Position numbers and translations under genes: made by a program. Positions 18,631-27,207 of a stretch of 64,000 nucleotides of DNA are shown one piece after another; the stretch's first letter is position 1, and the number at the start of each line of letters is the position of its first letter. The notes below the pieces were generated by a model. That model saw only the letters and a program-made list of their open reading frames with translations, was not told the origin of the DNA and searched no databases. The stretch comes from Bacillota bacterium. GTDB taxonomy: Bacteria; Bacillota_I; Bacilli_A; RF39; UBA660. The stretch is from contig DOEC01000029.1 of the NCBI GenBank assembly GCA_003524085.1, positions 21,819-85,818 of the forward strand, in the 5' to 3' direction.

Positions 18631-19443
18631 TTGATGATTCTTCTACAAGTATCTGGTTTAGCTAAATCAGTATATTATTATACCTTATCTAAAATAGATA
18701 AAGATGATAAAAATAAAGAAATAATAGATAAAATAAAAGAAATATTTATTAATAATAAAGAAAGATATGGTTATCGCAGAATTACGTTAGAATTAAGAAA
18801 CCAAGGTTATAATGTTAATCATAAAAAAGTTTATAGAATAATGGTTAAACTAAGTTTAAAGCCATTAAAAAGAAACAAAAGAAAATATTCATCTTATAAA
18901 GGAACCATTGGTAAAATTGCTGATAATTTAATTGAAAGAAATTTTAATGCAGAAAAGCCTAATCAAAAATGGTATACAGATGTTACTGAATTTAATCTTC
19001 GAGGAGAAAAATGTTATTTATCACCAATATTAGATGGATTTAACGGTGAAGTTATTTCTTATAACACTTCTAAATCACCAAATCTAGAGCAGATAAGTGA
19101 TATGCTTAATAAAGCATTTGATGGCAAAAATCTAGAAGGATTAATATTTCATTCAGATCAGGGATGGCAATATCAACACCAATCTTATCAGCAAAGACTA
19201 AAAAATAAAGGTATAAAACAAAGTATGTCCAGAAAAGGAAATAGTATGGATAATGGAATGATGGAAAACTTTTTTGGACTACTTAAAACTGAAATGTTTT
19301 ATGATCAAGAAGATAAATACAAAACACTAGATGAATTAATTTTAGCAATTGATGACTATATTAATTATTATAATTATGATAGAATTAAAATAAAATTAAA
19401 AGGACTGTCTCCTGTAAATTACAGGTTACAATCCTCTAATTAG
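18631..19443 (+). CDS. IS3 transposase OrfB (DDE integrase core), expressed as OrfAB by -1 frameshift
   Basis: The -1 frame is open from 18493. Slippery A-runs lie at 18499-18505 and 18541-18547. Motifs present are W.TD.TE, HSDQG and the NFFG.LK..E region. Confidence 0.85.
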   Translation: MMILLQVSGLAKSVYYYTLSKIDKDDKNKEIIDKIKEIFINNKERYGYRRITLELRNQGYNVNHKKVYRIMVKLSLKPLKRNKRKYSSYKGTIGKIADNLIERNFNAEKPNQKWYTDVTEFNLRGEKCYLSPILDGFNGEVISYNTSKSPNLEQISDMLNKAFDGKNLEGLIFHSDQGWQYQHQSYQQRLKNKGIKQSMSRKGNSMDNGMMENFFGLLKTEMFYDQEDKYKTLDELILAIDDYINYYNYDRIKIKLKGLSPVNYRLQSSN

Positions 19444-19494
19444 AAACTATTTATAAACTGTCCAACTTTTGGGGTTCAGTTCACTTAGTTTTAG

Positions 19495-19986
19495 CTAGTT
19501 ATCAGTTTTTTTGTATGTGTCTTTTGTTTTTTCAATTAATTTTATAGTATCTTTTAATGGGTAAAAATCTTTAGTTTCTACTGTTATATTTTGTAGTGTT
19601 TTATAGTTTTGAAAGAAATCTTTTATCTCAGCTTTTTGATGTTCTGTTAAATCGTCAAGTGTATTTATGTTATCAAATCTTGGGTCTTTATCTACAACAG
19701 CAATTACTTTTTCGTCATTATAACCATTATCAATAACCTTTAAATAACCTAGAACTCTTGCTGGTACAACACAGCCTGGAAATGTTGGGTATGAACTTAA
19801 TACTAGTATATCAAGTGGGTCTTTATCGTCAGCTATTGTGTTTTCAATATAGCCGTATTCTCCAGGATATGTAAGTGCACTATAAAGAACTCTGTCAAGG
19901 GTTATTTTTCCAGTTTCTTTGTTTACTTCAAATTTGTTTTTTGTTCCCATTGGAATTTCTATAATTGCGTCTACTATATACTTCAT
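19495..19986 (-). CDS. ppa: Family I inorganic pyrophosphatase
   Basis: EIPMGTKNKFEV and DPLDILV motifs are present. The start is ATG 19986 with RBS AGGTGA. Confidence 0.88.
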   Translation of the reverse strand: MKYIVDAIIEIPMGTKNKFEVNKETGKITLDRVLYSALTYPGEYGYIENTIADDKDPLDILVLSSYPTFPGCVVPARVLGYLKVIDNGYNDEKVIAVVDKDPRFDNINTLDDLTEHQKAEIKDFFQNYKTLQNITVETKDFYPLKDTIKLIEKTKDTYKKTDN

Positions 19987-20079
19987 TTTTATCACCTACA
20001 TTAAGTTTACAAAAATAAAACCGATTTGTCTAGTATAATTATTAAATTTTTATTTAAAATAAGATATAGAGGTGTTTAA

Positions 20080-20580
20080 ATGGATACAGGTGTTGTAAGA
20101 AAAATAGATGAACTTGGTAGAATTGTTATTCCTAAGGAAATTAGAAAAAATTTAAATATTAGAAATGGAGAAGATGTAAGTATTTTTGTTAAAGATAATA
20201 TGATAGTTTTAAAAAAGTATGAAAGAGCTTTAACTATAAAAGAGATATCTCAAAAGTATATTAATGCATTTAAGAAAATTAATGATGACGTTATTTTAAT
20301 AAGTGATAAGAATTCTATTATAAGTAGTAGTAATTTAGAATATATTGATAAGAAGATAGATAATAAGATATTTAACTTGATTAATGAAAGAAAAAGTGAA
20401 GAAGGAACTGTCCTTAATTTAGGTGGAGAAGTTATAAATAGTGCATATATTGTCTCGCCAATAATTGTGGATACTGATGCTATTGGTGCGGTTATTTCTC
20501 TTTGTAAAGATAGATTAAATGAAAAAAGTAAGATATTTAATAATGTCATAAACATACTAATTACACTTAATTTATGTTAA
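20080..20580 (+). CDS. spoVT: Stage V sporulation regulator SpoVT (AbrB-type N-terminal domain + GAF-like C-terminal domain)
   Basis: VRKIDELGRIVIPKEIRKNL is a SpoVT/AbrB swapped-hairpin motif. At 166 aa it is too long for AbrB. The neighbourhood downstream of mfd is syntenic. Confidence 0.8.
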   Translation: MDTGVVRKIDELGRIVIPKEIRKNLNIRNGEDVSIFVKDNMIVLKKYERALTIKEISQKYINAFKKINDDVILISDKNSIISSSNLEYIDKKIDNKIFNLINERKSEEGTVLNLGGEVINSAYIVSPIIVDTDAIGAVISLCKDRLNEKSKIFNNVINILITLNLC

Positions 20581-20677
20581 ATTTACTGAAAATGCTTGCA
20601 GAAAGTGAAAAAATATGGTATATTACATAAGCGAAAAGGTTTCTATAACTATATAGTTATGGCGAAAGGAGTGTAAT

Positions 20678-20875
20678 ATGAAAAAGGGTATACATCCAGA
20701 ACTAAAAGAATGTAAGGTAAAATGTGCTTGTGGTAATGAGTTCACAACTTTAAGTACAAAGAGTGAAATTCAACTTGAAACTTGTAATAAATGTCATTCA
20801 TTTTATACAGGTAAACATTTAACTGCAAGAACTGGTAATGTTCAAAAGTTTAAAGAAAAATATGGAATGAAATAG
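20678..20875 (+). CDS. rpmE: 50S ribosomal protein L31 (zinc-binding type)
   Basis: MKKGIHPE N-terminus, with CxC...CxxC cysteines. Confidence 0.92.
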   Translation: MKKGIHPELKECKVKCACGNEFTTLSTKSEIQLETCNKCHSFYTGKHLTARTGNVQKFKEKYGMK

Positions 20876-20898
20876 TCAAGTAAATGACTATTTTTTTG
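20872..20898 (+). terminator. Rho-independent terminator after rpmE
   Basis: Stem ATAGTCA (20872-20878) / TGACTAT (20885-20891) followed by T6-7. Confidence 0.7.
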
Positions 20899-20957
20899 TT
20901 TGCTTGTGTAATTTGTGTAAAATTAGTTTATAATATAAATTGAAGAGGTGTTAATTT

Positions 20958-21407
20958 ATGAGAGTTGGAATAGCAAGTGATCATAGAGGATATAAAGCAA
21001 AAGAAAAGTTAAAGAAATATTTTGTAAAGAAACGTATTGAGTTTGTTGATTATGGTACAGATTCAGAAGAGATAGTTGATTATCCCGTGTTTGCGACTTC
21101 AGTTTGTAAAGGTGTTATAAGAGGCGAAGTAGAATGTGGTATACTTATATGTGGTACTGGTATTGGAATGAGTATTGCTGCTAATAAATTTCGCGGTATC
21201 ATGTGTGCAAAAGTAGATAATAGTGATGAAGCAAGACTTGCTAAAGAACATAATCACGCTAATGTGATAAGTTTTTCTGAGAAGAAAACTATGTGGGAGA
21301 TTAAAGATATTGTGGATGCTTATTTAAAGGCTACACCATTAGAAGGTGAAAGATATTTAAGAAGAATAGAAGAAATCAAGGATATAGAAAAAAAGAAAAA
21401 GTACTAG
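20958..21407 (+). CDS. rpiB: Ribose-5-phosphate isomerase B
   Basis: IASDHRGY and GILICGTGIGMSIAANK motifs of the LacAB/RpiB family. Confidence 0.88.
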   Translation: MRVGIASDHRGYKAKEKLKKYFVKKRIEFVDYGTDSEEIVDYPVFATSVCKGVIRGEVECGILICGTGIGMSIAANKFRGIMCAKVDNSDEARLAKEHNHANVISFSEKKTMWEIKDIVDAYLKATPLEGERYLRRIEEIKDIEKKKKY

Positions 21408-21422
21408 TTTTAAGTACTAAAT

Positions 21423-21451
21423 TTGACTTTTTTTCTTTTTTTTGCTATAAT
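21423..21451 (+). promoter_or_regulatory. Near-consensus sigma-A promoter
   Basis: TTGACT (21423-21428), a 17-nt spacer, then TATAAT (21446-21451). Confidence 0.65.
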
Positions 21452-21457
21452 TTAGAT

Positions 21458-21920
21458 GTGTGGAGCATTATGCTAGTCAAACACACCTTATGAAGATGGG
21501 GCTAAAAATCCATCAATTGTGCAATGTCACTTTATATATTTTGCTTCTTTCGCCCAGATTGGGGCAGGTATGTAATTTTAGGTATTAGGAGAAGATATAA
21601 CGGCATATATTCATATCCTATTATCAGATGAATTAGTAAAAAGCATATGTCGTGAGTGGGATATAGGGATATTATTTGAAATATAAACTGCAAAAGCGAA
21701 TAAATAAGGTTAATGTTTGCCTGGGAAAACCTCTAGCATGTCTATATTATAAAGATTGAAGTGCGGACTAAGTGGTGATCGAGTGGTCATTTAAGGTAAC
21801 TGATGATTAATATTATGAAAGAGAAATCGCCGGTGGGTAACCTAAGGTTAATATTAGAGAAATTCAACTCGACCAAAGCCGTAAAATTAATTTATAGTAT
21901 TCCATACATTTTTTCTCAAA
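21458..21920 (+). other. ~460-nt promoter-driven non-coding region (unidentified structured RNA or very long 5' leader)
   Basis: The track shows no ORF here. G+C is visibly higher than in neighbouring spacers. Local hairpins include GATGG..CCATC and GCCC..GGGC. I recognised no Rfam-type signature. Confidence 0.35.
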
Positions 21921-21936
21921 GGGAGTTTATTGTAAA

Positions 21937-22461
21937 GTGAAGAAGAATAATTGGATAGTAAAGGCATTTTTGCTAACTTTTTTTATAGCGTTAATTTTTA
22001 ATTTTGTATCGAATATAGTTGTAAATAAATTTAATAATATTATAGTTTTATCTGTTTTATGTTTACTGTTTGTTTTAATAGGGATATTATTTGATATTAT
22101 TGGTACTGCGGTGTTATCTGCTAAAGAGGCTGTTTTTCATGCTAAGAGTTCTAAAAAGATTAGAGGTAGCAAGGAAGGCGTTTATTTAGTAAAGAATTCT
22201 AGTACTATTGCAAGTATTTGTAATGATGTAATAGGTGATATATGTGGTATTGTGAGTGGTTCAATTGCAGCTATGCTTGGAATTATAATTGCTAATAAAT
22301 TTAATATTTCGTTAGTGTTTGTAACTCTTTTAGTAAGTTCTTTTATTTCATCAATTACGGTTGGTGGAAAAGCAATTGGTAAAAGATATGCAATAAAAAA
22401 TGCTGATAAAATTATATTTGTAGTTGCAAAAGTGTTAAATAGATTTAAATTTAAGAAATAG
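21937..22461 (+). CDS. Hypothetical integral membrane protein (about 4 TM)
   Basis: 174 aa. GTG start with RBS AAAGGGAG. Hydrophobic segments are present but I recognised no family. Confidence 0.5.
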   Translation: MKKNNWIVKAFLLTFFIALIFNFVSNIVVNKFNNIIVLSVLCLLFVLIGILFDIIGTAVLSAKEAVFHAKSSKKIRGSKEGVYLVKNSSTIASICNDVIGDICGIVSGSIAAMLGIIIANKFNISLVFVTLLVSSFISSITVGGKAIGKRYAIKNADKIIFVVAKVLNRFKFKK

Positions 22462-22504
22462 TATTTTTTATGAATATTATTTTTTTTATAGCATAAGATA
22501 TTGT

Positions 22505-23404
22505 ATGAAAAAGTATATTTTAGTAATAATTATGTTGATAACTCTATATTTTGGTTATTCAAATAAGAAAGAAAATGAAGTAGTAATTAATCAAGAAGAA
22601 AAAATGAGTAATGTGGATAGTCTAATGGTTAATATGAGTAGTTTTAATGAAAAAGATATGCCTTTAAGTGAGTTTTTAGAAGGTGTAGTTTCATGTGAAA
22701 TGCCAGCACTTTTTATGGAAGAAGCTTTGAAGTCCGGAGTAGTTGCAGCTAGAACTTTTTACTTGTATAACTATACTAATAATGAAAATTATATTCCTAC
22801 TAGTGGTGGACAATGTTATATGACTAAGGAAGAACTTAAAACTAAGTGGGGTAATAAGTATGAAGAGTATTTAAGTAAGATAAAAAAAGTAGTCAAGGAG
22901 ACTAAGAATGAAGTTATTGTTTATAATGATGAAGTAATTGAGGCTTTTTATTTTAGTATGAGTAATGGATATACAGAAGATGCGAGCAACGTTTTTAATA
23001 TTTCAAAGCCTTATTTAGTAAGTGTTTCTTCTAGTTATGATAAAGATATTAACAATAATTTTAAAGAATACTCAGTTGATTTAAGTAGATTTAAAAGTGT
23101 GCTTGGCTTAGAAGAAGAGTCTATAGTTATTAACAATATTATTAGAAATCAAAGTAATCGTATTTTAAAGATTTGTGTTAATTTAAAGTGTTATACAGGA
23201 GTAGAGTTTAGAAAACTTTTTGGACTTAGAAGTACAGACTTTGATGTAAATATTGAAAATGATATGGTTAGTTTTGTTACAAGAGGGTATGGACATGGTG
23301 TAGGAATGAGTCAGTATGGCGCTAATGAAATGGCGAAGTTGGGTTATAATTATAAAGAAATTTTAAAATATTATTATAAAGGTACTGAAATTATGTATAA
23401 ATAA
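22505..23404 (+). CDS. spoIID: Stage II sporulation protein D (lytic transglycosylase)
   Basis: SpoIID/LytB domain with the C-terminal GHGVGMSQYGANEMA motif and an N-terminal anchor. Confidence 0.85.
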   Translation: MKKYILVIIMLITLYFGYSNKKENEVVINQEEKMSNVDSLMVNMSSFNEKDMPLSEFLEGVVSCEMPALFMEEALKSGVVAARTFYLYNYTNNENYIPTSGGQCYMTKEELKTKWGNKYEEYLSKIKKVVKETKNEVIVYNDEVIEAFYFSMSNGYTEDASNVFNISKPYLVSVSSSYDKDINNNFKEYSVDLSRFKSVLGLEEESIVINNIIRNQSNRILKICVNLKCYTGVEFRKLFGLRSTDFDVNIENDMVSFVTRGYGHGVGMSQYGANEMAKLGYNYKEILKYYYKGTEIMYK

Positions 23405-23442
23405 ATAATAATTGTTCACATTAACTAATGGGAGAGTGAACA

Positions 23443-24084
23443 ATGAAAAGTGTTAAAAAATTATTTGTACCTACTGTTTATTTAGTTGCAGTGTTATCTG
23501 TGGTTGGATGTGTTTTTCTTACTATATTTAGCATAAACAAGTATTTAACGGAAAGAGAGAGGTTTGATTATTCAATTAATGGTATTATTGATGGTAAAGT
23601 AAAACCTGTTCAAGGTGAAGAAGTGAAACCTCAAGTAAATTCTATTATTAAACCTTATAGGGGAGAAGATGTAAGTATTGGAAGATATTTTTATGATTTT
23701 GAAGGAGAACAGGCAAGTCAGGAAAAGTCAATAATATTCTATGAAAATACTTATATGCAAAACTCAGGAGTAGATTATGTAAGTGAGAAAGCATTTGATG
23801 TCGTAAGTGTTTTAGCGGGTAAAGTAGTAAGTGTTGATGTAGATGAGACTTTGGGAAATATCGTTAAGATAGAACATGATAAAGGAATTATTACAACATA
23901 CCAAGGAATTGATAATGTCGCTTTAAAAGTTGGTGACAATGTAACACAAGGAACAGTAGTAGGAACGAGTGGTAAATCGTTAGTAAATTCTAATTACACA
24001 ACTTCACTTCATTTTGAAGTAAGTTATAAGGGTGAACTAGTAGACCCTGAAAATTTTTATTCATTGAATATTGATGAGTTATAA
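23443..24084 (+). CDS. Membrane-anchored M23/LytM-family peptidase (SpoIIQ-like architecture)
   Basis: N-terminal TM plus a C-terminal LytM domain (LHFEVSYKGELVDP). Confidence 0.6.
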   Translation: MKSVKKLFVPTVYLVAVLSVVGCVFLTIFSINKYLTERERFDYSINGIIDGKVKPVQGEEVKPQVNSIIKPYRGEDVSIGRYFYDFEGEQASQEKSIIFYENTYMQNSGVDYVSEKAFDVVSVLAGKVVSVDVDETLGNIVKIEHDKGIITTYQGIDNVALKVGDNVTQGTVVGTSGKSLVNSNYTTSLHFEVSYKGELVDPENFYSLNIDEL

Positions 24085-24113
24085 TCAACTTTATTAAAAA
24101 AGTTGATTTTTTT
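24084..24113 (+). terminator. Rho-independent terminator
   Basis: Stem ATCAACTT (24084-24091) / AAGTTGAT (24100-24107) followed by T6. Confidence 0.7.
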
Positions 24114-24171
24114 GTTGAAAAAAGAAGTTTTTTGGAGAAATTTTTAAAAAAGACTTTATTATTTTAAAAAA

Positions 24172-24182
24172 TGTGGTATGAT
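24172..24182 (+). promoter_or_regulatory. Extended -10 promoter element TGTGGTATGAT upstream of response regulator
   Basis: TRTG-type extended -10, 46 nt upstream of ATG 24229. It is part of a 17-nt repeat shared with 27194-27210. Confidence 0.45.
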
Positions 24183-24228
24183 GTATATATGTGATGTAAA
24201 AATATATTTGGTGGGGAGAGATGAGAAA

Positions 24229-24963
24229 ATGATAAATTTTGTTATTATGGAAGATAATAAGAGACATTTAAGAATTACTAAGAAGTATATTAAAAAGTAT
24301 ATGGTTGGTAAGACATTTGAGTATGAAATTTATGGATTTTCAAAGATTAGTCCTAAGTTTACTGGCTTTGTAAAAAGGAATGTATTTAAGAATATATATA
24401 TTTTAGATTATGATTTAGGGGTTGACTCACTTACTAATGGAGTAGATGCTGCTAGAATAATTCGTCAATATGACTGGACTAGTCCTATAATATTCTTAAG
24501 CGTTAATGGGAAAGAGGCGCTTGACGTGTTTAAATCAAGACTACAAATATTAGATTTTGTTGATAAACAAGTAAATCCTGAACTAGAGTTGAGACAAATA
24601 TTTAAGATTTGTTTCCAACAATTACAAATTAATGATACGTTGAAAATTAACAGAGCTGGTAAAACTTATTGTATTAATTGTAATGATATTCTATATATTT
24701 ATAGAGATACAGTTGATAGAAAGAGTGTGGTTGTAACTGATAAAAACATAATCCCAATTAACTTACCGTTACATAAAGTTTATGGTTTACTGCCGTTTGA
24801 GTTCAGATATAGTCATAAGTCTTATATTCTGAATACTGATAGAGTGGAAGATTATGACTGGGATGATTATTACGTTATATTTGATAATGGTAGTAGAGAA
24901 CCATTGATATCTAGAACGCATAAAAAAGAATTAAATGAGATTATGGAGTTGAGGGATAAATGA
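24229..24963 (+). CDS. LytTR-family response regulator (AgrA-like)
   Basis: Receiver domain (MEDN..., ILDYDLG Asp pocket) plus a C-terminal LytTR DNA-binding domain. ATG 24229 with RBS GGGGAGAG. Confidence 0.8.
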   Translation: MINFVIMEDNKRHLRITKKYIKKYMVGKTFEYEIYGFSKISPKFTGFVKRNVFKNIYILDYDLGVDSLTNGVDAARIIRQYDWTSPIIFLSVNGKEALDVFKSRLQILDFVDKQVNPELELRQIFKICFQQLQINDTLKINRAGKTYCINCNDILYIYRDTVDRKSVVVTDKNIIPINLPLHKVYGLLPFEFRYSHKSYILNTDRVEDYDWDDYYVIFDNGSREPLISRTHKKELNEIMELRDK

Positions 24964-26258
24964 ATTTTGTAGGGTATGTGGCCTGTTATTTGGCAATATT
25001 ATTGAATTCTTATGTATTGTTTTGGTGTTATTCTAAGACTGGTGTTGAAAGAAAGAGTAATAAGATTAAATGTGTAATTTCTTTGGTCATATTGTCTGCA
25101 CTAGTATATTTAGTAAATGTTTACGATACAACAAGTATAAAATGGTTAGCAATTTATTTACTTATGTGTATCATGTTTTATATAAATTATGATGAGGATA
25201 TTGCTAATACTTTGACAAAAACATTTTTGATGTACGTAACTATGATTTTCTCAGATTTATTATCTTCTTTATTTTTAATGATTATATTAAAAGTATTTAA
25301 GTCAATTGATATTAATTCGTTAAGACCAGTTGCTACACTCTTGAATACTATATTTATGTTTATGTTTTTTAAAATGAATTTTTTCACTAGAGTTTTTACT
25401 GATTTTACTAATAAGGTGGCAAAAAGATTAAATAATACTATTATAGGTTTTTCTCTGTTTGTTTTGTTCTTTTTTTGGTTAATTGAGTATTATCACGGTT
25501 ATATTTTCACTTATGTTACATTAATTACTTCGGTGTTAATTATTTTGTTGTTATTATTCTTATCTATTCAGGTCGTACTTCAATATTACAAAAATAAAAA
25601 CATTGAAAATGAGAAACAACAATTACAAGTATTAATGCACGAATATGAAAGTGTTTTAAATCAAACTAGTGAGAATAGACATGAGATGTTAAATGATTTA
25701 TTAATATTAAGAAGTATTTCTGATAAAAATTCTAGTGAGTTTACTAGAACTTTAGATGGTATTATAAGACAATATGATACTAAGAAATTTAAAAAATATA
25801 CAAGCTTAGCAAAATTACCTACTGGTGTTAAAGGTATGATTTATTATAAAATCGCTTTTATTAACGAAAATGAAATTAATTTTGATACAGTTGTTAATGG
25901 TGTAGATTATGCTAAATTTGAAGCAATGGATAAAGACTTATATTACAAAGTTTGTAAAATTTTAGGAATACTTATGGATAATGCAATTGATGCGTGTGTA
26001 GATAGTGACAAAAAGAAGCTTGTTGTTTCTGTTTATACTGAAAATGAAGATTTATGTGTTGAAATTGATAACAGCTATTCTGGAATAATAGATAAAGATG
26101 GAATTAAGAAAAAAGGCTATACTACTAAAGGTAAAAATCATGGTCATGGACTTACTATTTTAAATAGAATAGTTGATGAAACAGAAGAATTAAATTTTGA
26201 ACAAAGTATTAATGATAAAGATAAACTATTTACTTCTATATTAAAAATAAAACTCTAG
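24960..26258 (+). CDS. AgrC-like GHKL sensor histidine kinase (HPK10 type)
   Basis: About 6 N-terminal TM segments, with C-terminal HATPase motifs DNAIDA and GKNHGHGLTILNRIV. ATGA overlap with the regulator gene. Confidence 0.8.
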   Translation: MNFVGYVACYLAILLNSYVLFWCYSKTGVERKSNKIKCVISLVILSALVYLVNVYDTTSIKWLAIYLLMCIMFYINYDEDIANTLTKTFLMYVTMIFSDLLSSLFLMIILKVFKSIDINSLRPVATLLNTIFMFMFFKMNFFTRVFTDFTNKVAKRLNNTIIGFSLFVLFFFWLIEYYHGYIFTYVTLITSVLIILLLLFLSIQVVLQYYKNKNIENEKQQLQVLMHEYESVLNQTSENRHEMLNDLLILRSISDKNSSEFTRTLDGIIRQYDTKKFKKYTSLAKLPTGVKGMIYYKIAFINENEINFDTVVNGVDYAKFEAMDKDLYYKVCKILGILMDNAIDACVDSDKKKLVVSVYTENEDLCVEIDNSYSGIIDKDGIKKKGYTTKGKNHGHGLTILNRIVDETEELNFEQSINDKDKLFTSILKIKL

Positions 26259-26275
26259 ACAAAATCTAGAGTTTT
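26249..26275. terminator. Bidirectional terminator shared by kinase (+) and agrD (-)
   Basis: Symmetric AAAACTCTAGA (26249-26259) / TCTAGAGTTTT (26265-26275), with A/T runs on both sides. Confidence 0.7.
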
Positions 26276-26294
26276 AAAACGATTACGATTATAA

Positions 26295-26414
26295 TTATTT
26301 AATTAGACTTTCTGGCATTTCTTCTTCGTTAAAGAAGCTGAAGAAACAAGCTCCTGAAGTAGTTTTACCAATAAGCCCACCTAACATACCTAATAAATTT
26401 GCAAATAATTTCAT
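26295..26414 (-). CDS. agrD: AgrD-like autoinducing-peptide precursor (39 aa; not in ORF track)
   Basis: MKLFANLLGMLGGLIGKTTSGACFFSFFNEEEMPESLIK. It has an amphipathic leader, a Cys core and an acidic tail with the E-x-P-E-x-L motif. RBS is AAGGGAGAA. It starts 5 nt after the agrB stop. Confidence 0.8.
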   Translation of the reverse strand: MKLFANLLGMLGGLIGKTTSGACFFSFFNEEEMPESLIK

Positions 26415-26418
26415 ATTA

Positions 26419-27042
26419 TCATTCTCCCTTCTTATAATATTTATAATTATTATAACTTACTCCAAATATTTTGTAAGTTATGGGTAAGATAACAAATACC
26501 GCGATAAGTAGTGAAAATAGTATACAGTTTGATAAAGTATTGTTTCTTACAATGAAGAACATCATTGTATATATGGTTCCGTTTATCAAGCTAATTGTTT
26601 TAAAAATGGTTCTTCTTTTTTTATTTATTAATGGTCGTTTCTTTGTGTCTGCAGGGGCAAAGAAGGCAAATAGTATTATTGAGGTAATTGCTAATGCTAT
26701 TTTAACTTTGATATCTATATATAAGGTTTCACAAAGGTATGGAACTAGTAAGAATATAATACTGCTACTTATCCAACAGTCTATACTTCTTTTAGCATGA
26801 ACTCCATATACAGTTAGTCTTAATATAGTATAAAGTCCCATTAATATTAGAAGTGTTTTCAAATTTCCTAACAAATATGATATTCCAAATATAACAAGTG
26901 TCTTAGTAATATTTAAGTATAGGCTAGCTAATCCGTATCTTATTATTTCCAATTGTTCCTTGTCATAGCTGTTATACCGTTTTATGTTATTCATTAAGGA
27001 ATTGATTATAAGGCCTTTCATATTTATCACTTCCGAGAACAT
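26419..27042 (-). CDS. agrB: AgrB-like AgrD-processing membrane peptidase
   Basis: Polytopic membrane protein with the catalytic His/Cys motif YGVHAKRSIDC. ATG 27021 is an alternative start. Confidence 0.85.
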   Translation of the reverse strand: MFSEVINMKGLIINSLMNNIKRYNSYDKEQLEIIRYGLASLYLNITKTLVIFGISYLLGNLKTLLILMGLYTILRLTVYGVHAKRSIDCWISSSIIFLLVPYLCETLYIDIKVKIALAITSIILFAFFAPADTKKRPLINKKRRTIFKTISLINGTIYTMMFFIVRNNTLSNCILFSLLIAVFVILPITYKIFGVSYNNYKYYKKGE

Positions 27043-27196
27043 TATAAATCCTTTTTTTGCAATATTTTAGTTTTTGATAGTATTCTTTCATTTCTTTCAT
27101 TTTTTATATAAAAAACGATATATTTGTTCACGTCAAAATACAGATGAAGCACGATTTTGGACATTTTACGCAAAAATGCTGTTTTCTAAATTGAAA

Positions 27197-27207
27197 TGTG
27201 GTATGAT
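27197..27207 (+). promoter_or_regulatory. Extended -10 promoter element TGTGGTATGAT upstream of csp
   Basis: Same element as 24172-24182, 67 nt upstream of ATG 27275. Confidence 0.45.

Larger units (their letters stand above)
18045..19478 (+). mobile_element. IS3-family (IS150-like) insertion sequence, apparently intact
   Basis: 1434 bp. IRL is TGAACCCCgtttcTTGGAC (18045-18063) and IRR is GTCCAActtttGGGGTTCA (19460-19478), matching at 14 of 19 positions. orfA and orfB lie in frames 0 and -1. Confidence 0.85.

Noticed and set aside
18037-19486. A target-site duplication flanking the IS3 element.
   Set aside because: The flanks read CTTTGATA on the left and GTTCACTT on the right. No 3-5 bp direct repeat is present at the IR boundaries I defined. 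I reported this as an observation and made no TSD claim.
21458-21920. RNase P RNA, tmRNA, 6S RNA, T-box, ZTP or M-box riboswitch.
   Set aside because: There is no GAGGAAAGUCC or ACAGAA..GGCUUA, which rules out RNase P. There is no 5' GGGG..UCGAC, tag ORF ending in LAA, or 3' CCACCA, which rules out tmRNA. The 5' and 3' ends are not complementary, so it is not a 6S rod. There is no T-box 14-mer. GUCGUGAGUGGG and UGCCUGGGAAA only superficially resemble ZTP or M-box segments and lack the pairing partners. I left it unidentified rather than name it.
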